DNA of 64,000 bases from Tubulanus polymorphus (GCF_964204645.1 NC_134032.1:1178001-1242000); one strand, 5' to 3'; counted from the first letter of the stretch, positions 28,165 to 40,781 are shown. A program made the numbers and translations. The notes: generated by a model from the sequence alone, not told the origin.

Positions 28165-28870
28165 ACACAGGGACCTCACTCAGTGACCTCACAGACACAG
28201 GGACCTCACTCAGTGACCTCACAGACACGGGGACCTCACTCGGTGTTAATAACCACTTTCACTAGGCCGTACTAGCTGCGTGCACATGGTGCAGACGATA
28301 GTTTCACAGATTTAGACGAGCTGTTACAATTCCTGTTATTTCCTCCTCTTTTCGACATCTTCAGCAGGTTACCACCAGCTGATTCAACCAGTTTCGCCAT
28401 CTTACTCCCATAGCAACTCGTTTCAGCAGAGTTGTGTGAAAATGATAATCTGTGAATCCATTAAACAAGTGCTGGAAACTGCTGAACACTTTTGCTTACT
28501 AGAGTAATTGTATAGGTTTAGCTCCCCTTTTCAACCATCCTCCCCCCAACCTCTCAGTCAGTCTCCCTGTTAATGTGATTCTCTAGACTGTTTCAATTTT
28601 ACATCGTAGGTTCTCCTCTTTGGACTGCCGTGTAAACTTCATCATGAATACTGGACGTGGACTTCAACCGAAATTCATCAGTTTTACTTCTTCAGTCAAC
28701 TTCTTCTGGACTACTATACTAACCGGACTATACGTTAACTAACCGGACTACTGTAGTGAACTAACCGGACTATTAGTGAATTTACCGGATGTGAACTAAC
28801 TGGACTATATTAGTTCACTGACTAGATAGTGGATTGATACTCGTGGAAAAACGATCAGTGGTGCACTCCT
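28165..28870 (+). repeat. Third, more diverged direct copy of ~15030-16910, lacking the insertion and the minisatellite expansion
   Basis: Shares ACCACTTTCACTAGGCC, CAGCAGAGTTGTGTGAAAATGATAATC and CTTCATCATGAATACTGGA blocks; it has a single CCATCCTCCCCCCAACCTCTCAG unit. Confidence 0.82.
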
Positions 28871-29094
28871 GAAGGTCAGACACAGATCAGTCGAACTTTC
28901 TATGGCAGTGCCACGCAGTTGCAATGTTGGTTGATTACATGTCAGTAAATATGTTGTAACATACCCATCTCAAACAATGGCTGTACTGTGATAGCCTTGT
29001 CTTACTGTCATGTAGCTGTATTTGTTGTCTGAGAATAAAACGGCTTTCATATTCATTATTCATGTTAAATCTTTCATTTGTTTGGTTAAATTCC

Positions 29095-29235
29095 AGTAAA
29101 TCGCCCCTTAGCCCGACCCTGCCAGTAAACAACCCCATAGCCCGACCCTGCCAGTCAATCGCCCCATAGCCCGACCCTGCCAGTAAATCGCCCCATACCT
29201 CACCCTGACGGTAAATCGCCCCATAGCTCACCCTC
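29095..29235 (+). repeat. ~29-bp tandem repeat AGTAAATCGCCCCATAGCCCGACCCTGCC
   Basis: About 5 diverged units. Confidence 0.75.
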
Positions 29236-30776
29236 GCAGGTACATCGTCGTCCAAAACAGTTCGGTTCTGCCAGTTGTATCGGTTTTTGTTGTTAGTAGC
29301 CGTCATATTGGCTCCCTCACCGAAGACCATACTATTTTTTCTGACTTAATTAATGTAATTTTTCTGACTTCATAAAACGTACAAGTTTCCGATCCATACA
29401 TTGTTACAGCTCCGGACAAATATTTACCACATGCAGTTTGTCTGAATTTGGCGTGCACATTTATATAACCGATCATCCGCCGCCTTAGCTATGAGGCTTG
29501 TGTGAGGGTGAAAATATTGATATTCTGACACTGAATACACTTTTTTCTTAGACTTTTTAAACTTCCTGCAACGAAGCGACGAGTCGAAAAGCGACTCGAC
29601 GCCTACCAACGCAATTCGCCGGATTATCGTCGATTAGCGGTACTTCATAACCCCAACGTATTCAAACTTCAAAAGAAAAGATGCCATTGATCGCAATTCA
29701 AGAATGGCCAGTGACCTACCTGCGATACCTTTTGAAATCATTCGCCGAAGCTTTTATTATCGGTGATGCAACCAATCACCGGCTACGAATTTGAAGGGGG
29801 TCAGTTAAAAACGGGTGGGCGCTCCTACAAGTCGTCCATACACTACAATTCTACACAGTGTTGAAGTCTCTGTCGCTGGATATTGCACAGATAGGACACG
29901 TTTTGGAAAAAGAGAATTTTCATTAGATTGTAACAAACGCAGCTGAGCTGATATGAACTATTTGTTGTAAATACAACTGGATTTTGGCAACAGGACACGG
30001 AATTAAAAATGACTTCAAAATTGACTCATGAATAAAAGAAGGATTAAATTGACCTCTGCCTCCATCGCGTTACAAGGTTGCTGTAAGGTAGGTGGAGCAT
30101 TTATTTAACATTAGCGGTCGAAATTATGTTTTATAGGTTCAGATTTAGGAAAAAATAGTTGCGCTTTAGGTTAGGGGTAAGGTTAGGTTTAATTAACAGG
30201 TACCGGTACCCAGTGTTACAGCTTCATGGAAGATACAAAAGACTCGCCTACTGATGAAAAACAAGAGCGATCCGAATTGAATAAGGTAGGACATATTTCA
30301 GCGTGGACTTGTCAACTAGAGTTGATACGTCCATGATTTCAGTGAGAAGAAAAAGACCCCCGGGCCACGGAAGATCGAACCCGAAGTTGAATGATGATGA
30401 CAGAGTGGCTTGAAAAATTCAGGTGCGACTTGTATGACATGTCTAATAATTCTCGTAGATAAATAGAATTAATAGAACTTAGTAATAGCTAGTTATGACC
30501 CCCAATTAAAACATAATTTCAGCCGTTAATTCTTAGGTATTTTGAATATATTTCACAATCATCCACCACCAAACCCCATCCCTTAAAACGAAGCTTCCAC
30601 AATTTTTGTGGGTTAAGCGTGACTTTGGTACGATGATGAATTGACGATTTGGACTTGACAAATTTTTACAAAATACAAACTACACATGTAGAACTAGGGA
30701 AAGATACAAAACCACGTGACTCTAAACGGGTCAATTATTGCGCGATTTGTTGAGATTCTTGTCGCTAACTCTGTTG

Positions 30777-30905
30777 AGCCATTTTATTTCGAAGTCTTAT
30801 CTCGCGCCATTTTTTACGAAGTCTCAACTCGCGCCATTTTATTTCGAAGTCTCATCTCGCGCCATTTCATTTTGAAGTCTTATCTCGCGCCATTTTAGAA
30901 GTCTT
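30777..30905 (+). repeat. ~28-bp tandem repeat CGCCATTTTATTTCGAAGTCTTATCTCG
   Basis: About 5 units. Confidence 0.8.
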
Positions 30906-31963
30906 TTCACGCATCCCAGATGACTCCCAGCATCACTCAGGGGTTGCGTTTGATGTTGAATTTTGGGAATTTATTTTAATTTGATGCATTTTATTTTGTT
31001 GTTGTAATATGTAATATGTATTCTGATATGTATTGTATTATTGTATCATGTATTGTAATATATATTGTAATATGTATTGTATTATTGTATCATGTGTTTT
31101 AATATGTATTGTATTGTCTTGTCATGTATTGTAATATGTATTGTATCATGTATTTGTATAATTACCCTGCTCACTCAGATCTCTCTAATTAGAATCAGTT
31201 TACCTATAAATATTATGTTCACTTAGATGTCAGCCTCTATAGTAGTGAAAGCTTGTGCGTCAAATAAACTAGTCACACCTATATTGTACTACTCGTCTTG
31301 TTACATTTATTCTAAACCCGGTTTACACCCCAGGCTCCGCTACGAATTCCTGATTTGGACCCGCTGTCGCTGTCGCTGCCATCGTGGACACAGAGGAAAA
31401 CTGGCTGGTTTCGAACCCGTGAAAGCAGCAGGCCCATTTCTCTTGGACATTGAGGAAAACTTGGTCGGTTGCACAGTCACGGCTTAGACTAAAGACCAGT
31501 CTTAGACCAACTTAGTTCTATAGCCAATCTAACAACTTAAGACCAGTCTAAACTCATTTTAGTTCTATAGCCAATCTGACAACTTAAGACCAGTCTTATA
31601 GATTTAGTCACGACTGTGCAACTTGCCCGGCTGAGAAGTTAACATTCGATTTTTAGCCTTCTTTGACGAAGAGAACTTCAGTGGGACAATACTCAGAACC
31701 TGTTTTGAAATTTTCTGCGAAAGCTTCATTTTTCTAGAGGGAAATCAATCAATTTCATCATTTTCGGTAAATACGACGAGAAATTTTGCCGAAATTGAGA
31801 GTATTGAAACAAGCTACACGGCTGTCTAGAATCAGTTAGTTCGGGGTGAAAAATTCGCAGAAAATTCCAAAACATTTTATTTCTACATCACGAGGAGACT
31901 GATATTGACCGGTGACCACGTACGCTAAAGGATTCGATCGAACCCACTACGCTAAAGCTGTTC

Positions 31964-32189
31964 CAAGCGAGTTCGGGGAGCGATACCGGACCCCTGGCAA
32001 GCGAGGATGGGCGAACTTCGGTTATCGGAGTTAGTCGACTATTGTCGAACTAAGTGAAACCGAATGTTAGTTTAGTCGGAACTATATTCTGGAAATAGTT
32101 CGGAAATTAACCCTCATCGGTTATTAGTTCCGCCCTAAACATTCCTCCTCGCTTGCCAGGGGTCTGGTATCACTCCCGAACTTGCTTCC
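31964..32189. mobile_element. MITE with ~45-bp TIRs (AAGCGAGTTCGGGGAGCGATACCGGACCCCTGGCAAGCGAGG)
   Basis: Inverted arms at 31964-32009 and 32144-32189; the same TIR sequence occurs at ~2353-2398. Confidence 0.6.
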
Positions 32190-32204
32190 AGGGCAGCACT
32201 TGTC

Positions 32205-32335
32205 GGGCGTACTCTTTTATCAGATCGGAGAGTATCCGTTCGCCTCCGATCGTGCTCTATTACTGGTCACGTGACTTTTTGGAGCCACCCGGAGATTTCG
32301 GACGGATACTTTGGAGGTCATAATAGAATACGCCC
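32205..32335. mobile_element. MITE with GGGCGTA(C/T)TCT TIRs
   Basis: Near-identical direct copy at ~43398-43520. Confidence 0.75.
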
Positions 32336-32429
32336 GATATGAGCTCCCTGCATTTCGTATGTCGCGCGAAGTCAAGGTTTATACAATTACAAGAATTAAG
32401 AATTACGTTTTACGAACGTTTTCCATTGA

Positions 32430-32951
32430 CTTTTGGCTATTGCTCCATGAGATTTTCAGAAAAACACGGGCTTTGCAATGAAGTCGAATCATGACGAATG
32501 ATAGAATAAATCTGACTGAATTTATTTTGCATTGCGAAATAACACTATATCAATAGTAAAATTGACGGAGTTTCGTATGCATTCTTTTAGTACCAGAGTA
32601 ATAATGAGGAATTAGGAAGTCAAAAAGTGACTTGATGATAATTTCAAATGATTTAAAGTATAGAGATTCAGCCTGGGGCACACGATGATGCAAAACTGGA
32701 AATTATTCGGGGTTCATGGAGATTAAAAAAAGCTTATTTCGGTGGTAATACAATTGTGCGATTGTAACAAATGACCAGAACAAGTCTTAGCTTTTGATAA
32801 TTATATCTACATTTGAAAGCACAGCGTTTGGGCTGCAAAGTCATCCATCATCGTTATTAGTTAAGGAAGCATTCGGCAAAAAATTACAACCGATCACATT
32901 ACAGCGCTGCCTCCTGCCTGTTAGCTACCCAAGTGGCAATTTTTAATTGTT
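32430..32951 (+). repeat. Left arm of the inverted repeat flanking the GRL101-like gene
   Basis: Reverse complement of 41398-41991. Confidence 0.9.
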
Positions 32952-33165
32952 TTTTTTCTGTGTTACGGAATATTTTGCCCATATCAGATCCGATGCTATG
33001 ACACATCAATGTAGCAGTTTTTGAATCGAGACCTCGATGTCTGTTCCAATCTGTCAGTATTTGATAGCATTGTTTATCTATGAATACCCAACCAATTGTA
33101 CAGTTCGAATCGTTAAAATCAGTATTTTGAAATAGAAATGTGTCGTTTTTGGTTATATTCAACAA
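32952..33165 (-). pseudogene. Fragment of a paralog of the GRL101-like gene (CTLD-like segment)
   Basis: LNITKNDTFL..CTIGWVFIDKQCYQILTDWNRHRGLDSKTATLMC aligns to LNITKNDTFL..CTIGLVSIGRQCYEILTQWNKHRGLDIKTATEMC at ~36470-36697. It is on the same strand, diverged, and truncated at the inverted-repeat arm. Confidence 0.8.
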
Positions 33166-33730
33166 CTCTAATGATGCGCTGATTATTTACGAGGTCAATT
33201 CGTCTTTTATTTTCATGAACCTGAATTAGCAGGAAAAACAAAAAATAACAAATTCAACATCTCACGGTAATTTTGGGCAATTTGATATTCGCACCACATT
33301 TCTTATCCAATTCATAAGAATTTTACGGTTCCCTCGTTTCCACGCGTCGTGAATACCCACGTCCGATTATATTTCAGAAATATCCTGATAACTTCTGATA
33401 GATTCTGATGTCATTTTCTCAAATTGTATTTATGTGTGTATATTAATTATTTGTAATTAGAGAGAATAAAGCATTCATTCATTCATTCATTCACTCATTC
33501 ATTCATTCATTCATTCGCTCGGGTTTTTAAGAAATCGACATCATGTTTAAAATTCCAATATTTTCTATAGTTTTCAGACGCATCTTGCAGAGAGGGCATG
33601 ATTTTGGGTGAAATGTGCGAACTTTAATTGCTCGAACGAATAATTAAAAAAAAAAACTATTCCTGAGCTTAGATAGGACAACCCGATAATATTTGCCGGA
33701 TCAATGCGTTTAGACTGTTTAAAACGTTTA

Positions 33731-36700
33731 TTAACGAAAGCGTTTTGTTTTTGCTCGTATGGATTTCATATCGATAGTCAGTATTGTGTAAAGTAGGGGA
33801 TTGAGGGACGAGTTGATCGGTAGGAAAAGAACGGCCAGCCAAGCCGCCACCTGATTCGGTATTTCGACTCGTAACACCGCGCAGAACTGAACGATAATCA
33901 ACGGCAGCCAGCAAAATAAATTACAAAGATTTATCACCAAACTCCTGCGTGCTAAAATCAGTTCGGTAGGGTCGATTCTACCCGAACCGGACCTGCTTCC
34001 AGAGACGAGTCTGTACATCTGCGCATAAGTCGTCATTATCGTAGCGAGTATGAAGGTGTTGAATACGGCAAAAATTGCGAAGGAATATTGCCAGGCGTTG
34101 ACGTCAATTGATATTAAATTCATAGGCAAACAAACTCCAGTTTTTCCGTAGAATTTAATACCGAAATAAGATAATTCTGACAACGGCAATATGGAGATTG
34201 TACTTATAGTAACCCAACACACGCCACAAATAATGCACACGTATCTCGGTGATGTAATCGGGCTTCCAGAAAATGGATTAACGATATTTGAAAATCTATG
34301 ACGTGTTAGAATGAATAGAAACGTCAATGAGCCTTCGCAAGAAAGAGTCACCGTAACTCCAGCGAAACTGCACAATGAACTGTCCGTCCAAGTTTCCGAA
34401 TTCAGGAAATAAACTCCTTTAAAAACGTAATCCGCGCCCGCGATCGAAAACAAATAAATCGACATGAGAAAATCACAAGCTGCGATGTTAATAATTAGGA
34501 TGTCGGAAGATGTGTTGCGCTTTTCGGAGGATGAAAGTCGAATTGATCGAAGACGAAATAAAATGACAATTGTGTTCGCGAAGAGACTGAACGCGGCGAT
34601 GACCCAGATGATAGCTCTGAGGACTGTGTTACCCATCAGATCAGAACAAGAGGAAAACTGATCAGCTTTAGGGAGGCACCGGTCGACATTCGGAGCCATG
34701 CAGCAAAATTTGTAAGCGTCAGACGATAGAGATACTAGCGATGTCAGATTGATGAAAACTTCTCTTTCTGTGGAAATGAATTTAGAATTGTTGGTTATAT
34801 CGAGAATTCTAAGTTTATTTAATCCTGAAAAAGCATATCGTGAAATATTATGGATTCTGTTGCTGCTGATATTCAACGACTGTAATGCAGATAAACCTCT
34901 AAACACATTTCTACCAAGCAGCAATAGCGAAAGTCCTTGAAGGTTCAGAATTTGTAATGACATTAAATCTCGAAAGGTATTGTCGTCTAAATGGCGCAGT
35001 GGATTTGCAGTTATCAATAATTCTTTTAAATTATACAAACCGATGAACGTGTTTGCGGATAATGACGTTATGTTGTTGTATGTAAGATCTAATGTATGCA
35101 AATTATGCAGGTTTGTGAACGAGTTCGGTAAAATATGAGACAATTCGTTGGAAGAGATGTTCAGCATTCGAAGATAAACGAATGAAGAAAACGTCGATTC
35201 ATTGAATCGAAATTCGTTTTTTGACAGAATTAAAACTCGAGTTGATTCCGAGAAAAGACCAGTAATATTTGTTAAACCGGCATTCGCGCAATCAATCAAA
35301 TGACCTTGGCATCTACAGCCCATCTGACACGTGACGTTACAGAAAGCCTCGTCATCAATTGTGAATTTACAATTTACGACACCATCACAAACTTCAGATT
35401 GTGGAATACATCGATTTTCGTGGCCACATTTAAACATTCCTGGACAAGCAAATGTCTCACAGTTTTGTTCATCTTCTGAATTAGGACAATCTGATTGACC
35501 ATCGCACACTTGGCTGATCGGTATACAGTACGATGCTGGACATTTTACAGTACCAGCTGGGCATTCAAATTCTTCACATCTCAACACGTGCTCAAGATTT
35601 CTACAAACTGGGTAACCATTCGTCATTCTTTCTAGAATACATCTGTGACGCCCTGAATAACAGTGAGGAGAATTGAAAGAACATCTTTGTTCATCTGATT
35701 CCGTACAGAGATTTGTGAAGTTAGTTGTGCAGTAGTTTTCATTATTGCACTGAACAGTAGGATTCACTGTAATACTAGTTGTTGTTACTAATTCATCTTC
35801 TTCGAGGCTTCCACTACAATCCACGACACCATCCTGATACAACTGAGAACTGATACATTCTCCACTGTTACACTGGAACCCCTGACACAATTCAGTAGTG
35901 CATCCCATTTCATCTGATCCGTCTTTACAATCAGTGACTCCATCACATCTGTTAGCCCTACTGATACATTGACCACTTTTGCAGCCAAATTGTTCCGACA
36001 AACACGGGGGATGAAAACAAGATTCCTCATCCGAACCATCCACACAATCTTGTACGAAATCACAAAAACCACTTATTGATATCACCCGACCATCATCGCA
36101 TTGAAACTGACTGTGTAGATTTATATCCGTACAATCGAGTTCATCTTCACCGTGTTGACAGTCGTGTCTGGTATCACATACGCGATGGTCGCTGATACAT
36201 CTTTGATCGTTACATTTAAACTGCCTCGATTTACAACCGCTTATAGAAGCTGACTCTTCATCAGTTACATTATATGAACACAAAACAGAATGCGCTGTAT
36301 CTGTCGCATTATCAAAATATTTCATCATCCATTTAACTGATTGAATATAAGTATTTTCATCTCTAGTGATTATTGGGTTTATAACTTGCAGTCTGTCATT
36401 AGACGTTATCGTTAGTACAGAGCCATATTGATGTTGATATTGAAATGCTGTTATCAAATTTAAGATATCTTTTTCAGTATTACTGTTAATACTACCTACT
36501 TCGGCCCGGACGCAATTACACATCTCTGTCGCAGTTTTTATATCAAGACCTCGATGTTTGTTCCATTGCGTCAGTATTTCATAGCATTGTCTGCCTATGC
36601 TTACCAAACCAATCGTACAGCTCGATTCATTGGAATCAATATCTTGAAATGTATTTTCCAGTATTAGAAATGTGTCGTTTTTGGTTATATTTAACATTGT

Positions 36701-39700
36701 TGCTGTTCTATTTTCGTAATCAATTCTTTCCGATTCGCAAATGAAACTCGTATGAACCTCTTCAATTTTGCAGGGGAATCGAACCCAGTTCGCTGATCCT
36801 CGTGGATTACTCAGTATCATCGCTGTACACGGCATATTGACGTCATTTATTGGTTGCTTTCTGCTTGAAGATATCAATCCTTGAACAACTTCTGGTATCG
36901 TGTCGTTATTTGTAGGTTTATACCACTCTGTGTAGCTCAATGGTTTCCCATCAGTCCACGTGTAGTAACCAAAAGTAGGCTAAAAGTTTAAGTTGCAAAT
37001 TCATGATTAAGACATCGAAATGGTATATAAAATTCTTTTGACGAGATAGATTTAGAAATTAAGAATTTTACCTGCATTTTTAATCCAATCATCATTATGA
37101 GCGCTTTCTGTGAATAGGCATTTAGAAGAAGTTCTGTAGCGAATAATCTTTTGATGGAAATCATTTCCTGTTGTGAGTTGATACTGAGTAGATGTCCCGC
37201 GTACTTCTGTCTACAGTATATTTCAGCGTTCTCCCAATTCAGACGTTCATCTCTGATGTATTTTACGCATGAAATTCCCGAATCTAGAAATTCCGATTGA
37301 CAGACATTTTCAAACTGTTTAACCGGTAACGACTGTTCTAATGTGTATTGTATTTGAAATATCGGGATGTAATGTTTCACCTCAAACCACAGAGTGTCAT
37401 CTATTAAACTATAAAACACAAGTCCCGTTATCGCGTTATTGTCACATATTTTATGCTCATGTGTGATTCTTCTAGTATCCGATTCATATATCGATTGTTT
37501 GTAGATTATCGGATCATTGTCTCTCGCACCCGATTTCGTGCACAGGACCCTGCCTATGTATTTGATTAGAAACCGGTGGTAGGAAAATTTGCCCCGCCTG
37601 ACCACTACAGGATAGTTATAATATAGTGGTTGATGTTGATACTCAGATGATCCCGGATAATTTGGTGACTGCAACAACCCGCATTCATCTTCGAATACGA
37701 TCCCACCCAGTATTTCTATAACGGCAGATTTCAATTTTTGACATTTACTCCGAAGTTCAACCATCAAATAATAACTCCAGAATAAACTCGCGGTTCGCAT
37801 TTTCACGGTGTTTAATACCAGGCTGTTATTGAGCGACTGACTACTCAAGCTAACGTACGTACCACATGACCCGAATGGTATAGCACCCTGAAAACATCGG
37901 TCGATTTGATATTCGTGTTCTGATAATACGTAAATGTTTCTCAAAGGTAGGCGTCGGTTTTCGGGTGTAATCACGAGACAGTGTGACGTCATATCGACCT
38001 GCTGTTCTCCCTCCCGGAGGATGTACCCGTCACAGTCGGTAGGACGAAATCTGAGATATGATTCTTTTTCAACGGTTAACTGATCATTCCACTTATACGC
38101 GTATGCTGCTACAGTTACCGACCGACCGGATGTAATCAGACTGACGACGTTACGGTCGTACGGGGCGTATAAACGAGGACAATACGGACCGTATCGTCTA
38201 GCCGTGAAATTACCACCGTCGAATATGTAAAATCCAGCTCGCTCGCAGTTCTCTGATAAAACTGTTAGTCCCATATTCTCTTCATAAATATCAACTTTCC
38301 ATTTAAACTCGTATCTAGTGATGCGATAATTTACAGATACTTTTTTTTGTTTCGGAAACAGCCAGTTTGGCGTCAAAAACCGCAGCTGGTTCACGGGGAC
38401 CTAGAGTTCGTCAATAATAAGTATATCAGACAGATTTTTGATAATACATGTTATTCCCGTACGGGGTAACATAATTACAGAGGTTATACTCACCCGACGG
38501 TTGTTGACCTTGATATCGTCTATCGAAATAGATTCCATTTTATAGCTTATTTCAAATCTTACATCATCGTGAACTGTTGTTTTTAAAACGCACAGTATGA
38601 CGAGAAAGCCGTCAGATTTGACACTCAGTGATTGCAGGTAGTTGTGACCGAGTAAAACATCAGTTCCTACAACGAGTAGCCCTTCTAGTTTATATACACC
38701 AATGACGTCACCGGATGTGACGAGATCACGTGTCCAGTTGAAGACGACGTACTGTAACACCTGTCCTGTGATAGACCAGCAGTGTAAGTGTTTTGATCGA
38801 GTTGTTACGTGTAAACTGTTGTCATCGGGAATGAGCACTCCCGACTCGTTATTAGAGATCTGAATCAACGGATTAGCGACGTTCCAATCTGACATTTTAT
38901 ACAATTGGACTAAAAGCAGTGACTGCACAGTCGTCTTCCGTAAAACGAATACAGCTTTGTTTGTTTTAGTATAAAATGATGAAGGTGGATGTCCACATTG
39001 TTGTGGTATTAAAGCGAAAGGATCACTGCTGGTGTTCCATCCGTCGTGGAGTATAATGGACACCGATGATGATTCCCCAAATCGATAGAATTTGAAATCG
39101 ATATCAATTAACGTAAGATTCATCGCATAACCTCGCGGCATACCGCTCCACTCAACAAACAACTTACAATTACGTAATTTATGAATCGCGAATTTATAAC
39201 CCCGCTCAGCTTTTAGCCGCTCTAATTTTAAATCGTTTCTTGAACCGTCGTGGAAAATATTTATTTGACCTCGCCCATAACGATAAATGACATAAACGCG
39301 ACTACCTCGCGCTCCAGCGACTTTACTCCTAAACATCAACGAGATCGAATCGTCACGGCGGATTTCATGTTTTCCATCACCGCACAATCTGTTATCGGAC
39401 TCACTGACGAGAAGGTAGTTATCACTACAGAATATTGAAAGCTCGATGTTGTGGTAAACTAGGACGTGAAAAGTCCCCGGTAAAGAGCTGTTGATGAACC
39501 ACCGACATTCAACACCGCGCGATAACGAAGGGTAATTCGGCGAAACGATGTAACCGGACGTAGAATCTAACGGGTACCACGTATTGTTACAAGACGAACT
39601 TACCGTCACAAACGACTCCTCGATAGAGTCTGCTGCGCGATCAGCGCGCGCGATGCGAACTTGACAGACGATCAGCGACGCTGTAAACAGCGCTCTCAGT

Positions 39701-39723
39701 CGCCGCTCCATACCGAACAGCAT
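33731..39723 (-). CDS. GRL101-like leucine-rich-repeat GPCR (LGR/RXFP-related) with signal peptide, CUB-like domains, C-type lectin domains, ~7 LDLa repeats, LRRs and a rhodopsin-type 7TM; ~1935 aa, 3 exons
   Basis: Exons 39723-38494, 38400-37072 and 36979-33731 are joined by phase-0 GT-AG introns 38493-38401 (GTGAGT..CTCTAG, 93 bp) and 37071-36980 (GTAAAA..TTTTAG, 92 bp), which fuse the three track ORFs. Motifs: CUB (SGYIVSPNYP..CRWFI..C..NYL), CTLD (WENAEIYC...GHLLSINS..MQ|PTFGYYTWTDGKPLSYTEW), LDLa (e.g. CDGVTDCKDGSDEMGC), LRRs (LHTLDLTYNNI), hinge YKFCC..FSSCSDL, TM7 NSSLNPLLY. Confidence 0.9.
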
Positions 39724-40139
39724 CGACACGATACGAATTATGCTCGGCTGTCCACAGATTTTGAAGTTCTGTTTATAAATGATGTAGAACTTTAATTGAC
39801 TGCAGAAATCAAAGTTTGTACCACTCAGAAATTTAAGGATCCGAATATATTTTTCAGTCCATCATATTTTGCAAAGGCGATTTTGGTATCATTTACTCGT
39901 TTAGTCATTATTTCACGTTTTCCCTGACTCGAGGGTATCTATTTCTCAGTAATTACCATCAGTAAATATATGTGCAACAATTTCAGCTCGTGGTTTTACG
40001 CATCGTAGATATCGATGTCCAATTATATATTTTGAACCTTTCGTCGTTGTACTGCGTGTATATCGAGCACACCAATCGGACTAAACTCACGGCTGACAAC
40101 TACGAAACTATCAAACTTACTTAAATCTTATCGACGTCT

Positions 40140-40475
40140 TGGAAAAGTGGTTATAGCGTTCGACTGTGGTAGGCCAGGTCGTGGGGTCGAACCCCGTACA
40201 CAACCGTAGTGTCCGCGGGCGCTTAACACTTATCCGCATCGCCTCTCTCCACCCAGGGGTAAAATGGGTACCTGGTCTGATATGACTTTTGAGCGTCTAG
40301 TAACTGCTTGGATGTTATGTTTTTTCCCCAGAGTATTTATGTCTTTTATGTCTTTTTTTACTCATAAATGGTTAGAGTTAAAGGCTGGGGGTAAAAATAC
40401 CGATTTAATAGCGAGCGCCATTGAACATTGATTGCATCGCAGTGAAAAGGGCGCTATCGAAATTAAATTTTCATG
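40140..40475 (+). mobile_element. tRNA-derived SINE with Nin/Deu-type central domain
   Basis: A-box remnant GTGGTTATAGCG, B-box GGGTCGAACCCC, core CCTCTCTCCACCCAGGGGTAAAATGGGTACC resembling the Nin/DeuSINE conserved domain, and a GCGCTAT..AAAT 3' tail. Confidence 0.65.
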
Positions 40476-40673
40476 AATTACTGATACAGAGTCCTAGCTC
40501 AGAAGTAAAGACTACAATTATTAGTTAGAAAATGTGATTTTATTGTAGTACTCGAGGCGAGAGCTGAGTATAAGTGACCACGAATCAGAGAAAAGAGAGA
40601 GCGAGCGACCTGTGTCTCTGGGTTTTTATACCCATGAGGACCACGTCATCAGAAAAGTTAAAACAATAGCCAG

Positions 40674-40781
40674 GACCCAGTTCCACAGTTGTGAGTTAGA
40701 GTTAACTCTGGGTTAAAGTTTGTTCATTTTCAATATTTTAACCCAGGGTCAAATCTTAACTCAGAACTGTGGAACTGGACC
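40674..40781. mobile_element. MITE family A
   Basis: cag|GACCCAGTTCC...GGAACTGGACC|cag. Confidence 0.85.

Noticed and set aside
33731-39729. Three separate genes or a stop-disrupted pseudogene
   Set aside because: Canonical GT-AG introns remove both stops and restore a contiguous CTLD motif.
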